DNA of 64,000 bases, taken from positions 18,786,001-18,850,000 of the forward strand of contig JAGIQG010000035.1 of the NCBI GenBank assembly GCA_024679065.1. Direction: 5' to 3'. The notes below the pieces were generated by a model, which was not told where the DNA came from, made no database searches, and saw only the letters and a program-made list of their open reading frames with translations. Origin of the DNA: Sphyrna mokarran. Its lineage: Eukaryota. Each line of letters starts with the position of its first letter. The first letter of the stretch is position 1. Both the position numbers and the translations under genes were made by a program. Positions 12,501-25,800 of the stretch are shown here, piece after piece.

Positions 12501-14215
12501 GGACTGGAGAATAGCTAATGTTGTACCATTGTTCAACTACCCGCGGGCCTATAATAAATCCCTAGCATACTAATCGCCCCCTTTCTATTCCTCAACTCCA
12601 CCCCTAACTCCTCTGTATTGTCCTCCCTCTGCACCGCCGTGATGCTCTCCTTAACTAACAACGCCACTCCCCCACCTCTTCTGGACCCTCCTCTGTCACG
12701 CCTGAAACACTTATAACCAGGAATGTTCAGTTGCCACTGCTCCCCTTCTTTTAACCATGTCTCCGTCACCGCAACCACATCCAAGTTCTTCGCAAACAGT
12801 AAGGCCCTAAGTTCATCCATTTTTCCTGTTACGCTCCTCGCATTGAAACAGACACACTCCAGACCTCCAAGCCCACTCGGAACCTTCTTCTCCCGGGTGC
12901 ATCTCTTCTTGTCCAAGCTTACTCTATCTCCCATCTCGCTCTCTACTGAGCTATCGGTCTTGTCCCCTCCCCCCCTCCATATTAGTTTAAATCCTGCTGA
13001 AACACTCCAGCTAACCTCCTAGCTAAGATATTCATGCCCCTCCCATTCAAGTGTTCCCCATCCTTTCTATACAGGTGCCCTTCTTTCACAAAGACCTCCC
13101 AGTTATCCACAAATACAAAACCCTCTTCCCTGGACCAGTCCTTCAGCCACACATTCAGCTGTAGGATCTCATTTCTCCTGGTTCCGCTATTACCCGCGCC
13201 TGGAAGCAGCCCTGAGATCACTATGTGGAGGACCTGCTCTTCACCCTACCCCTCAACTCCCTGAACTGCCTTCGTATACCCTCCCTGCACTTCCTTCCTA
13301 CATCCTTCTCTTCTACATGAATAATCATGTGGGTCTGGGTCTCCTCACTCTTCAAAATGCCCTCTACTCTGTCTGACACATCTTGCACCCCTGCTCCAGG
13401 GAGGCAAACTACCATCCTGGAGTCCAGCCTTGAACCACAGAAGCTTCTATCTATTCCTCTAACCCTCCCATCCCCCACCACTATCTCCCTTCTAGCCCCT
13501 TTCCTCCCCTTTGAGGTACTCTGCTCCTCATGCCTTGCCTTTTTTAACCCTCAGCCCTTGATATTGGGGGGGACTGCCACTGGGGAAGTCTTTGGACTGT
13601 CTCCCCTCTCCTTTTTCCCCTTCCTGACAGTAATCCACCTGTAAGGGTCAGGTTCCTCCCCCTTAGGCTCCGGGTCCGCCACCTTATTCTGCCTCCCTTC
13701 CATGATTGCCTCGTTCTCCCTGACTAAAAATGCATCTTCCAATTGGCGCACTAGTTGCTTGACCCGAGCCCTCAGACGCTGCAGCTCCAAACACTTGACA
13801 CATACGTGGACTTTTGGGAGAGGTCTCACCTCCAGGAACTCCCACATATGACACCGTACACAGGTGAGGCATTTTCCCTTAATCCCTGCCATTGTCATGA
13901 ACATCTTTGGAGGTGTGAATTCCAATGGAAAAACCAGTAGCACACTGTGCCCAAGCCTGCTCTATCCTAAGCCCCGCGAGCCAAAGCCCTTATATCTCTC
14001 ACTCTGCTTCCCTATTCACTCCCCTGCCTGTTCCCAATGCTGCCCGCTGTCTACTGCCACTTTCTTTTTATATTCCCCGGTTTCCTTCCCAGCTAGCCCC
14101 AGGACTAACTACAGCAGCAAAAAGCACTCAAAAAGAGAGAGAAAAAAAAGCAAATTGAAAAATTCACACTCAGCCACCGGCATTTCCAAACACTCTGTCC
14201 CAGAGAACAATGAGC
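9529..14215 (-). mobile_element. Near full-length CR1 LINE: ORF1 (CxxC zinc finger/coiled coil plus SGNH esterase) and ORF2 (APE endonuclease plus RT), both frameshifted, with long 3'UTR
   Basis: ORF1: CVRCHMWE..CVKC and VGD..VRG..VCLPGA. ORF2: [45 protein letters not shown]. Ends in a (TTCTTTG)-type tail. Nested in an older + strand CR1 (9335-9528 and 14216-14478). Confidence 0.95.
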
Positions 14216-14999
14216 AGCGTTCTTTGAAAATGTGACTGAACACATTGACAAAGGAAGAGCAGTGAATGTGGTTAACATGGAAATCAGCCAGGCATTTGAT
14301 AAGGTCCCCCATGCAAGACTTCTTGAGAAGGTGAGAGGGCACGGGATCCAAGGGGCTTTGGCCTTGTGGATCCGGAACTAGCTTGCCTGCAAAAGACAGA
14401 GAGGGGTTGTGGATGGGCCTTTCTCTGCATGGAGATCGGTCACCAGTGGAATGCCCCAGGGATCTGTTCTAGGACCAGTCAATGGTGGGCCACCGTCTGC
14501 CACTGAGAAGCACGCTGCATGCAGGGAGTCCAGAGAATCTCTTGTGTGTGAGCTCAATCAGCGACTCCAGGTCATAGTCAAATTTTTCATCATGGAGTAG
14601 GGCTTAGTGTCCAGACAGCTGAAACCACAGCGACTATTGGCAGGGCAAAGAAAATTGGGTTGTGCAACAGAGCAGAATTAGAAGACTGCAGAGCTGTCTG
14701 AGAGTTATAAGGCTGAGGGTGTTCAATCTCTGAGGACTGTGGGATCTCCTCAAGAATTACTCCACAACCAGGAAGGAGAAATCTTTATTCAGTCTACTCA
14801 TTCCATTTTCTACATGTTCACTGCCGTGTCCAGGCGGTTCCCAAGCAGCTTATTGCAATGCTGTAAGCAATGGCATATTTCAACTACTTACATACAATTA
14901 TACTTTGTTTTCTGTACATAATACAAATACTTAGTGAGGTACCCACAGTATATTTACAGTATGATACAGTCCATAGTCAGTTCCTCACACTGACATCCA

Positions 15000-17900
15000 T
15001 CTTACACAGACATGGTCAATCCTGGAGGGTGACAATTCCATCGAGGTTGTTTCCTGGGAACTGGAACCAGCTTTAGATTCCTTTCCAGCGAGCGTGGTCT
15101 CGATGAAGCCGCAAAGGTGGCCCTCTTCCCGCATATCATCAGCCGTCAATGTCGGCTTCCTAGTTCCTCCTGTGGATGGGGTAGCTATTGATTCCAGGGC
15201 TTCGTTTCCTGATACTTCTGCTCACACAGTTTGAAGCACCTCCAAACTTGTAGAGGTCCTTACTGCTTGGTGTGAAGCCAGTACCAACTTACCCTTCTGA
15301 AACACCTTCAGCTTGGCATGTTTAGCTCAATGATGCATCTGCGCCTCCTGGTTCCTCACCGCCACTTGTCTTATCTCAGGCCTCAGCAAGCCTCCTAAAC
15401 ATCAACGCCACTGGCAGCATTTTGGTGTTGCACAGATAGGTGTTCCTGTACACACTCAAGAACTGGATTAATCTTTGCATCAATGACTCTCTGCCATAAA
15501 GCCTCCAATGAACGTTCACAGTAAGAAGTCACACGATACCAGGGGTTAAAGTCCAACAGGTTTATTTGGTATCATGAGCGTTCAGAATGCTGGTCCTTCA
15601 TCGGATGAGCCCAACTGATGAAGGAGCAGCACTCCAAAGGCTCGTGCTGCCAAATAAACCAGCTGGACTTTAACCTGGTGTTGTGGGACATCTTCCTGTG
15701 CCCACCCAGTCCAATGTCGGCGTCTCCACATCATCCAATGAGTGATAACAGACTGTACAAAATGTTCCACCAACCCGTTCATCTCCAGGTAGTATGGCAC
15801 AGACTTTAGATGGCAAATGTCATGCAGCTCCATGTACTCCTCAAAGACCCCTGACACAAACTGTGCCCGTTCTCATTTACCACCTCATCCAGATATTAAC
15901 CTAGCAATCATGCCATCGAGCTCCCTGGTTGTTGATTTCATTCATATCACTTCTGGCCACTGCTACTGGCCCTGCAAAACCTATGTGGACTCACTCCCAA
16001 TTTGGAGCAAGTGTTGCCTTCTGGATCTTGGCACATGACTGCTTTCTCCTCGGTGCAGCCATCGACCTTTGGCCATCACACATAACTGTACATCACCTCT
16101 TTCATCCGCACCACCCCTGGGTGCCTTTGGTTCAATTGCATCAACACTTTTCTCCTTAAGGACTGAGCAGTCTCGATCTGCATATCCCACAATAAACAAT
16201 CATCCTGCACTGACGATTCCCACTGTTGACTTAAATATAGTCTCAGTTCTAGATCCTTCAGTTGACTTGTCCATCCCTTGTGGATCGGATTGACTACTTG
16301 ACTCAGTATTGGATCGTTTCTTGTTACTCGTTTCACTTTAGCAGCTATAATTGGTGCCTTATCATCTTGTGCAAAGTAGTTGATCTGGATAACCTCATCC
16401 AGGGCCTTTTTTTGACATGGCAATAGCAGTCTGGATAAGGCATCCTCATTTGATGTTGCTCTTACTGTCAGTAGTGGAGGTCATGTGAACTGTCCAATAA
16501 TATAAACACCCATCACTTCAACTGAACTGTGTCTATAAATGGAGATCCCAAAATCTTGGTCTGAGGTCTGTGGTTCATCAACAAGACAAACTTCCTGTCA
16601 TACAAGTAGTGGTGGAACATGGTAACGCCAAAAATGATGCCCAATGCCTCCTCTATTTGCACATTGTTTTCTTCTGCTTTTGAGAGTGACATCCCATGGG
16701 ATATCACCTCCCCTATGCCATACAGTGACGCATCATTGTCAATCATGTGGTTGAAATGGGCTAAGGCACTGGATTCCTTCAATAATTTTTCATTGCTTGA
16801 TAAGCCTTTTCACACTCTGGTGCCCACGGCCATACCTTTCCCCTTCATCAAAAACCAGTGCAGAAGCACAAACTTGCCATAATAATTTGAGTCTCTGGAT
16901 ATATCTCAGCTGGGACACATTTTCCAGTCTCGGCATCTACATTATGACTGCTAGCTGCTTTGGTGTTATATGCAATACTTCACCATTGATAACAAGACCT
17001 AAGTATTCGACTACATCCTTAAAAACTTACACTTGTCTTTCCTAATCTGCAGTCCATGTTCTTGCAATCTCTTCAACATCTCTTCCAAGTTCCGCAAATG
17101 TTCTTTATCTGTAGAACCCACCACCAGGATGTCATCCAAGTAACATTGGACTCCTGACAGACCATTCAAAATCTGATCCATTGCTCGTCATTTAATACAG
17201 TATAATCCTTTTGGGTGATGATGGTTAATGGTGGCTGAGAGCTTTCGGCCACCCCCACCTGCAAATACACTCGTGAGAGATCTATTTTGGTAAACTTCTG
17301 ACCAGCAGCAAGGCCATGAAATATTTCTTCAATAAGGGATGATGGATATTGATCTGCAGATAAGTCAGAGTTCATGCTGCCTTTAAAATCCCCACAGAGC
17401 TTCACTCATCCATCAGTCTTCATTGACAGGAATGGTGGGTGTGCCCACTCGCTCTTAGCCACTGGTTCCAATATCCCCAAACATACTAGTCTCTTGAACT
17501 TGGCCTTCACCTTGGGTCTAATTGTATATGACTCTGGATGTGCCTTCATGCTGTTTGGGCATGCATCTGGTTTCAGTTGTAGATTCACTCTAACTCCTTT
17601 CTTCTCTCCAATGGTTCCATTAAACACCTTCTTATATTTTTCCAGAACTCCATTAGTCAATTTACCACTTCCCAGTTTAATTTCTATTGTTTTGGCCAAG
17701 ATTGTCCAAACAATGTTGGATAATCAACTTCACGATATACAAAGGCAGCAGCACACACTGGTCCCTTGGCCAAGACGTAGCTTTTCAGAGGAACAAACTG
17801 TTCCATATATGTCCTCAGGATGGATTTTGCAGGCTTCAGTGGAAGATGATTCAACTTAGTTTTGTAAATTGGAATCAATGAAGGTGCCGCCCCCTTTGTC

Positions 17901-18800
17901 CACCTCCATCTTTACTAGTTTCCCTTAGACTTTGAGCATTGTCTAGAATCTGTCTGCCTCACACTGACAGGATGTTTAACTTCAATTGTGCCTTCTCAGT
18001 TCACTCTGTTCCACCACAGTCCCCACAAACTCCTTGTCCTCATCTACCTGGCGACCTGCGATTTCCTCCTGGATCTGAACGCTGATCGTTTCAGTTTCAC
18101 ACTCTGTTGCAAAGCCAGTGCTTTGCAGTTTCAGACAATGTGGTCCTCTTGTGACAGCTGCAGCTCTTATCTCACTTTGTCCAACAACTGAACTCTGTGA
18201 TCCCGTCAGCCATAAAGGTGGCATTCCTCAGTCCACGACTGACTCTTCAGCATCTCTGTTTCCTTCTGCACCCTTGCACTAATGCCTAAATGTGTTGCCT
18301 CCACCCTATCAGCCTGTTCCATGGAGACTGCAATCTTCAATGTCTTCTTAAACTTCTGTTGTGATACTACCAAAAGCCTCTGTTGAATTGCTTCGTACTG
18401 GGGAGCATGTACAAGCCAGTCCCGTAAGACGTTCTGCAAGAAAATGCCAAAGTCACAGTGCTCTGTGAATATCTTCAGGGAAGCCACAGATTTAGAAATG
18501 TTCTCGCCTGCTTGCAAAACTGTAAGGTTCTGTAACCAGCAGTGAGGTGCCCCTCCAATACCGCACATAATTCCTAAAATGATTTCTCTGTTTCTGGCTG
18601 CATAAGATTTCACAAGACACAAGAAGATTTCTTCCCATGTTGCTCAAAAAGAACATCCATCACCCTATTCACGGTGACAACAATACTGAACTGTTCGATG
18701 TGGGCCACCACTCAGCTTCTTCATCAAATGACCCGACTGAACCAAATTCTCTTTGCCGATGGCCAGGTTTCCCCGACCCCTAACTAGGCCCAAATGTTGA
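15000..18800 (-). mobile_element. Decayed Gypsy/Ty3 LTR retrotransposon (gag, protease, RT, RNase H, integrase)
   Basis: CDFG..LRD gag motif, KLCGDFK and FTKIDLSRVYLQ RT motifs, DASLYGIG..EALGIIFGV RNase H motif, HPGVVRMK and NGLVEHFVQS integrase motifs. Many stops. Confidence 0.88.
15518..15733. mobile_element. Inverted pair of Penelope pseudo-LTR fragments inserted in the Gypsy integrase
   Basis: gttaaagtccaacaggtttatttgg...ccttcatc is mirrored by gatgaagg...ccaaataaaccagctggactttaac. Similar pieces lie at 56510-56635, 63250-63328 and 63955-64000. Confidence 0.8.
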
Positions 18801-19590
18801 GCGTCCATTCCCAATCAGCTCACCCACATCCTAGGCCATATGACCAATCCCTTTAAAGGAGCTCTATCCCAATATACATAATACAGGAGAGTTACACTGT
18901 CTTCACAGCTCCACTTCCCTGCCTGTTCTCCATAACCTCTAACTCTCCTAAAACGTTTCTATCTCAAATATCTCATGCAATGATTCAAAATTTCAAACAT
19001 TCACGACCCTCCGTGAAGTAATTTGTCTCATTGCCATCTTATATGAGCAATTGCTTATTCTAACGCTGTGCCCTGTACTTCCAGATTGTATCACAAGGTT
19101 AAAGATAGTGAAGGTCGAAGTCTCAGAGACATCTAAACACAAGGATGACAATTTTAAAATTTGTGTCTAGTCTTGATTTCATCTATTTGTGCAATTGATT
19201 TTAATTCTTTCACAGGATATGGGCATTGCATTGCACATGGCACACATTATGTGATTAGATCAGTCACAACAGGCATAGATTAGGCTTCATGTCAACTAAC
19301 GAAAAAGCCAGGTGGTTTCACAGAGCCCTTTTGTTACCAGTGCCGACCCCATCTGGACACCACAGTCCAGATGACTATCCAATGTTTGTGGAGATTAAAA
19401 TTAAATTTTCACCATAATAATTCAAAAATAGACTAACAATACAAAGGATTGTCAGTAATGAGCTGTCTTTACAGTTAATACATGAATTACTATGAATAAT
19501 CTTTAACACTCCAATGAGCAGTGTCCCTCAATAACAATATTAACAAGATCTTTGGAATTTCTCAAAAAAAAAGAGAAAGTAATAATTTTA

Positions 19591-19805
19591 TTAGGAAAAT
19601 CCATTTGTAGTTTTCCCATCTGGGTACGAATCAAGTTCAAGATATTCATTTCCATTGGGAATCTGTGGATTGTTGTTGGGTTTTGCTTTGTGAACTTTAT
19701 ACATTCCTCTTTTATGGCCTCTGTATTTCCAGTACAAGATAAAGGCTATGATTATGATGAATGGTAATATTCCTGCCATCGCCAGATTTGGTATACATAT
19801 TTCAC
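19591..19805 (-). CDS. Gene B last coding exon, transmembrane helix and cytoplasmic tail
   Basis: Acceptor tttcatag|GT. Hydrophobic [19 protein letters not shown] is followed by basic [16 protein letters not shown], resembling ICAM/VCAM tails. Stop TAA at 19593-19591. Confidence 0.88.
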
Positions 19806-22800
19806 CTATGAAAACATTCAAAAACATAGTTAATCAAATCTTTGACACTCCCAGGGCAATATATATATTTGACAAAGCAAAGCAAAATCTGTTATAAACA
19901 ATAGGTTTTTTTTTTACAGAATGTCTATCGTGCTATTTTCACTCTTCCCCATTTTTCAACTTCAGCTCCTTTTATTTTTCCCATATCCCATATTTGAGAA
20001 ATATAAATCGGGTGGATTCTCCCAGGCTTTTTCCCAGGGCTGGAATGGTTACTACAAGAGGACACAGGTTAAATGTGTTGGGGAGTAGGTATAGAGGAAA
20101 TATCAGAAGTAAGTTTTTCACTCAGAGGGTAATGGGTGAGTGGAATTGGCTGCCATTGGTGGTGGTGGAGTCAAATTCGATAGAGTCTTTTGAGAGACTT
20201 CTGGATGAGTACATGGGATTTAATGCAATTGAGATTATAGGTAAGTTTAGTAGTTAGGGATATCATCGATATAACTTGTGGGCCGAAGGGCCGGATTGTG
20301 TTGTAGTTTTTCTATGTTCAATGTTCACAGGGGGTCTAATTTTTACGGTGGACAGTTCTAGGTCTCTTTTTATTTACCATGCATATCTACAGGAATTATC
20401 TATCGGTGATGCAGGTCAATTTCTCTCTGTAAAGCTTCAACGTTAAGGATGCCAATATTGGCTCCATAGGGGATATGAGTTTAAATTGAGAACACAGAAT
20501 AATATAAAAAGTGAGGGGTGGGGTGGGGGTAGTGCTAAGACATGTTGGTAGTCTTGTTATCAGCTTTCTTCCCTTTTCTTTTTGGAAGTTTTTGTTTAGG
20601 CTTTTCTATTTCAATCATAAACATGATTCATAGGTGTTCAAATTTTTAATCTCTTCCAATTTGTCACATTATCAACTCATACTTTTGTTCCCATACATGT
20701 AGGCAAGATGGTTTCCCAGAGCTGGTTGAGGAACCAACTAGAGAATGCTATTTTAGATGGATTATTGTGCAATGAAAAAGAGTTTAAATAATAATGGTGT
20801 TGTAAAGAAACCTTTAGGAAAGAGTGACCATAATAGCTTAGACGTTTACATTCAATTTTAAAGTGAAATAGTTCAATCAGAGACTCAGATCTTAAGTCTA
20901 AAGAAAACTATCAATGTATGCTGGACATATCGACTATGGTAGATTGGGAACTATTTTTCAAAGCACAATGGCACACAGGCAATGACTAATATTTAAAGAA
21001 GCAATACGTAGACCGGAATTCATGCCCCTCTGTCACTCCAGCAAGAATGGAGAATTTGGTGCTCAGCGGATGCATTGGTAAAAGCTTTCCAAAAATCCTT
21101 GGATTCTGGAGAAGTACAAGAGGATTGAAAAACTATCAGTGTGACACCCCTATTCAAGAAGAGAGGGAGACAAAAAGCGAGGAACTATCGTCTAACTCAC
21201 CTAACATCTATCATTAGAAAAATGTTGGAATGAATTATTAAGAAAGTAATGATTTGGAAATCATAATCTAATCAAGCAGAGTTAGCACGGCTTCATGAAA
21301 GGGAAATCATGTCTCATCAGCTTGTCAGAGTTTTTCAAGGATGTCTGAACCAGAGTTGATAGAGGAGAACCAGAAGATGTATTGTATTTGGACTTCCAGA
21401 AGGCATTAAACGCAATATCTCACAAAAGGTTAAGTTCCAGTGTAAGATCCTGGAGCCTGGTAATATTGCAGGCGATATATTGCCCCAGATAGGGAATTGG
21501 CTAATGGGCCATAAATAGTAAGTGGAAATAAGGGGTTCTTTTTCAGGTTGGTGACCTGTAACCAGTGGAGTTCCACAGGGATCAGTGCTAGGACTATTTA
21601 AACTTTCATATTTTGTTCAAATAAAATGGTGACAGGGCAAGTTATGAGAGTGATATAAACAGTTTACAAAGAGATATTGATTGGTTAATAAGTGAGCAAA
21701 ATGATAGTAAATGGAATATAGTGAGAGAAAATGTGAAATTGTTCATTTTGGAAGAGAGAATAAATGAACAGTATTATTTAAATGGAGAAAAGCTGCAGAA
21801 AGCTGCAACACAAAGGGACTTGTGCACGAAAGACAGAAAGCTAGCACCCAGGTACAACAGGGAATCAGGAAGGTAATGGATTGTTGGTCCCTATTTCAAG
21901 GGGATTGAGTAGGAAAGTCTTGCTGCAAAATGTACAAGGTACAGGTGAGACCACATCTGGAGCACTGTGAGCAGGTTTGATCCCCTTATTTAAGGAAAGG
22001 TATTATTTCATTGCAGACGGTTCAGAGAAGGTTCACTAAATCATCTCCAGTATAGAGTGATTGTCGAATGAGGAAAGGTTAAACAGGTTGGGATTCTACT
22101 CATTGGAATTTAGAAGGACGAGAGGTGATTTCACTGAAATATCTCGGGTTCTTCAGGGGTTTGACAGGGTAAATGCTGAGAGAATGTTTCTCCTCATGGG
22201 AGGGTCTAGGGTCAGAGGGCAGAGTCTCAGAATCAAGGGGTACCAATTTAAGATAGAGATGAGGAGGAATTTCTTCTCTCAGAGAGTGGAGAGTCTTTGG
22301 AACTCCTTATCAGAGAGAGCTATGGGGGTACATTCCTTGTGTATATTTAAGGCTGAGATTGATTGATTTTTGATCAGGGGATCGAGGGTTACGGGGAATG
22401 TCAAAATCTGTGGGTGGGACTTTGCGACTGTGTTTGCTCCAAAACTAAAAAATCTCTCTAAGGACAACAGATCTTTGCATGGTCTGCCCCCAGCCCGCTC
22501 GAAACTCCATGGAAGATCCCCCCAAGTATCTGTGGTTTCATTTTTCACTGATTTCAATCACGCCTCCCCTCACTGTGAGAATTTAAGATCAGCGACGCAC
22601 TGCATCTCACTGAGCTACCAACACCCTGCACTGTGTACCACAGTTCACTGAGTTACCAACATCCTGCACCGTGTACCACAGCTCACTGAGTTACTAACAT
22701 CCTGCACCGTGTACCACAGCTCACTGAGTTACTAACATCCTGCACAGTGTACCACAGCTCACTGAGTTACTAACATCCTGCACCGTGTACCACAGCTCAC

Positions 22801-25800
22801 TGAGCTACCAACACCCTGCACTGCGTACCACAGCTCACTGAGTTACTAACATCCTGCACCGTGTACCACAGCTCACTGAGCTACCAACACCCTGCACCGT
22901 GTACCACAGCTCACTGAGCTACCAACACCCAAGTATCTGTGGTTTCATTTTTCACTGATTTCAATCACGCCTCCCCTCACTGTGAGAATTTAAGATCAGC
23001 GACGCACTGCATCTCACTGAGCTACCAACACCCTGCACTGTGTACCACAGTTCACTGAGTTACCAACATCCTGCACCGTGTACCACAGCTCACTGAGTTA
23101 ATGGTGTCACTGAGTACCAACATCCTGCACCGTGTACCACAGCTCACTGAGTTACTAACATCCTGCACCGTGTACCACAGCTCACTGAGTTACTAACATC
23201 CTGCACCGTGTACCACAGCTCACTGAGCTACCAACACCCTGCACAGTGTACCACAGCTCACTGAGTTACCAACATCCTGCACCGTGTACCACAGCTCACT
23301 GAGTTACCAACATCCTGCACCGTGTACCACAGCTCACTGAGCTACCAACACCCTGCACCGTGTACCACAGCTCACTGAGCTACCAACATCCTGCAGCATG
23401 GACTGGCAGTGTGTGGGTTCACAGTTGTACCTTCTCTCCTACAGTGTTATTGCCCGCACAGTTTGGGCAAATACAGGGCCAGAGTAAGGTGCTTCTTCAC
23501 AAAAGGAGATGTGGAGACTGGGAGCAAGGAAGTTAGCTCCCAGGTAGGGAAGGACTCTAGGCAGGATGAGAGGCAGGTTAGACAAGTGGGGGAGAAGGGA
23601 AATGTCCAGTCTGAGGGATTGAGCTGTGTCTATTTTAATGCCAGGAGTGTAGTAAATAAGGTGGATGGACTTAAGGCGTGGATTGCTGCTTGGGATTGTG
23701 ATGTGGTGGCCATTACAGAGACTTAGATGTCTCAGGGACAGGACTGGGTACTACAGGTCCCGGGATTCAGATCCTTCAAAAGAGGTGGTGGAGTGGCACT
23801 GTTGATCAGGGACAGTGTCATGGCTGCAGAGAAGGTGGATACCGAGGAGGGAATGTCTACGGAGTCTCTGTGGGTGGAAGTTAGGAATAGCAAAGGGTCG
23901 GTGATGTTGCTGGGTGTATTCTATAGGCCGCCCAATAGTGACAGGGAAATTGAGGTGCAGATAGGGAAACAGATACTGGAGAGATGTAGAAATAACAGAG
24001 TTGTTGTGATGGGAGACTTCAATTTCCAAACATCGACTGGAATATCCCAAGGGTAAGGGATTTGGATGGGGAGGAGTTTGTTAGGTGTGTTCAGGAGGGT
24101 TTCCTGACACAGCACGTGGACAAGCCTACGAGAGGAGAGGCTGTACTGGACCTGGTATTAGCTAATGAACCAGGACAGGTGATGGATCTCTCGGTAGGAG
24201 AGCATCTTGGGGGTGGAGATCATAATTCTATCTCCTTCACCCTTGCATTGGAAAAGGATAGGATCAGGCAGGCTAGGAAGGTGTTTGTCTGGAATAAGGG
24301 GAAATATGAAGACATCAGGCAGATGTTGGGTCGAATAAACTGGAAGGAGGTGTTCTTGGGGAAAAGCACAGAAGGAAGGTGGCAGATATTCAAGGAATGC
24401 TTGTCTGGAGCTTTGCACGACAACGTTCCGGTGAGACAAGGAGGTTTTGGTAGGATGCGGGAACCGTGGTGCACGAAGGCTGTGGTGAAGATAGTCAGGA
24501 AGAAAAGAAAGGTGTATAAAAGGTTCAAAGAGCTAGAAGAGAGCTTAAAAAGGAAATTAGAAGAGCCACAAGGGGTCATGAGAAGGCCTTGGCTGGTAGG
24601 ATTAAGGAGAATCCCAAGGCCTTCTACAAATATGTGAAAAGTAAAAGGATGAGAAGAGAAGGGATAGGACCTATAAAAGGTGAAGGGGGAAAAAGTCTGT
24701 ATGGAACCGGAAGAAATGGCAGAGGTGTTAATGAGTACTTTGCCTCAGTATTCACGGTGGAAAGTGATCTGGGAGGATGCACTACAAGTTTGCGGCAGAC
24801 TGAAAAGATTGAGTATGTAGATATTAAGGAAGCGGATGTGTTAGAACTTTTAAATGCTATCAAGATAGACAAGTCTCCGGGACCAGATGGGATGTACCCC
24901 AGGTTATTGTGGGAGGTGAGGGATGTCATTGCAGAGCCCCTGGCGATGATCTTTGCGTCGTCGATGGAGACGGGAGAGATTCCGGAGGATTGGAGGATTG
25001 CGGATGTGGTCCCTATTTTCAAGAAAGGGAACAGGGATAGTCCTGGAAATTACCGACCGGTGAGTCTGACCTCAGTGGTTGGTAAGCTGATGGAGAGGCT
25101 TCTGAGGGACAAGATTTACGAGCATTTGGAGAAGTTTAGGTTGATTAGAAATAGTCAACATGGTTTTGTAAAAGGCAGGTCGTGCCTTACGAGCTTAATT
25201 GAGTTCTTCGAAAATGTGACTGAACACATTGACAAAGGAAGAGCAGTGGACGTGGTGTACATGGACTTCAGCAAGGCATTTGACAAGGTCCCACATGCAA
25301 GACTTCTTGAGAAGGTGAGAGGCCATGGGATCCAAGGGGCTTTGGCCTTGTGGATCCAGAACTGGCTTGCCTGCAGAAGGCAGAGGGTGGTTGTGGATGG
25401 CTCTTTTTCTGCATGGAGGTCGGTCACCAGTGGAGTGCCCCAGGGATCTGTTCTAGGACCCTTGCTCTTTGTCATTTTCATAAATGACCTGGATGAGGAA
25501 GTGGAGGGATGGGTGAGTAAGTTCGCCGATGACACGAAGGTCGGTGGTGTTGTGGATGGTCTGGAGGGATGTCAAAAGTTGCAGCAGGACATCGACAGGA
25601 TGCAAGACTGGGCGGAGAAGTGGCAGATGGACTTCAACGTGGATAAATGTGTTGTGGTCCATTTTGGCAGATCCAACGGGATGAATGAGTACACTATCAA
25701 AGGTAGGAGTCTTAGCTGTGTGGAAGAGCAGAGGGATCTTGGGGGTCCATAAGACTCTCAAATCGGCCTCCCAGGTGGAGGATGTGGTTAAGAAAGCTTA

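Noticed and set aside
24589-25752. 387-aa reverse transcriptase ORF as a domesticated gene or prokaryotic-type RT system
   Set aside because: It is part of an ordinary frameshifted CR1 ORF2 with a LINE tail.
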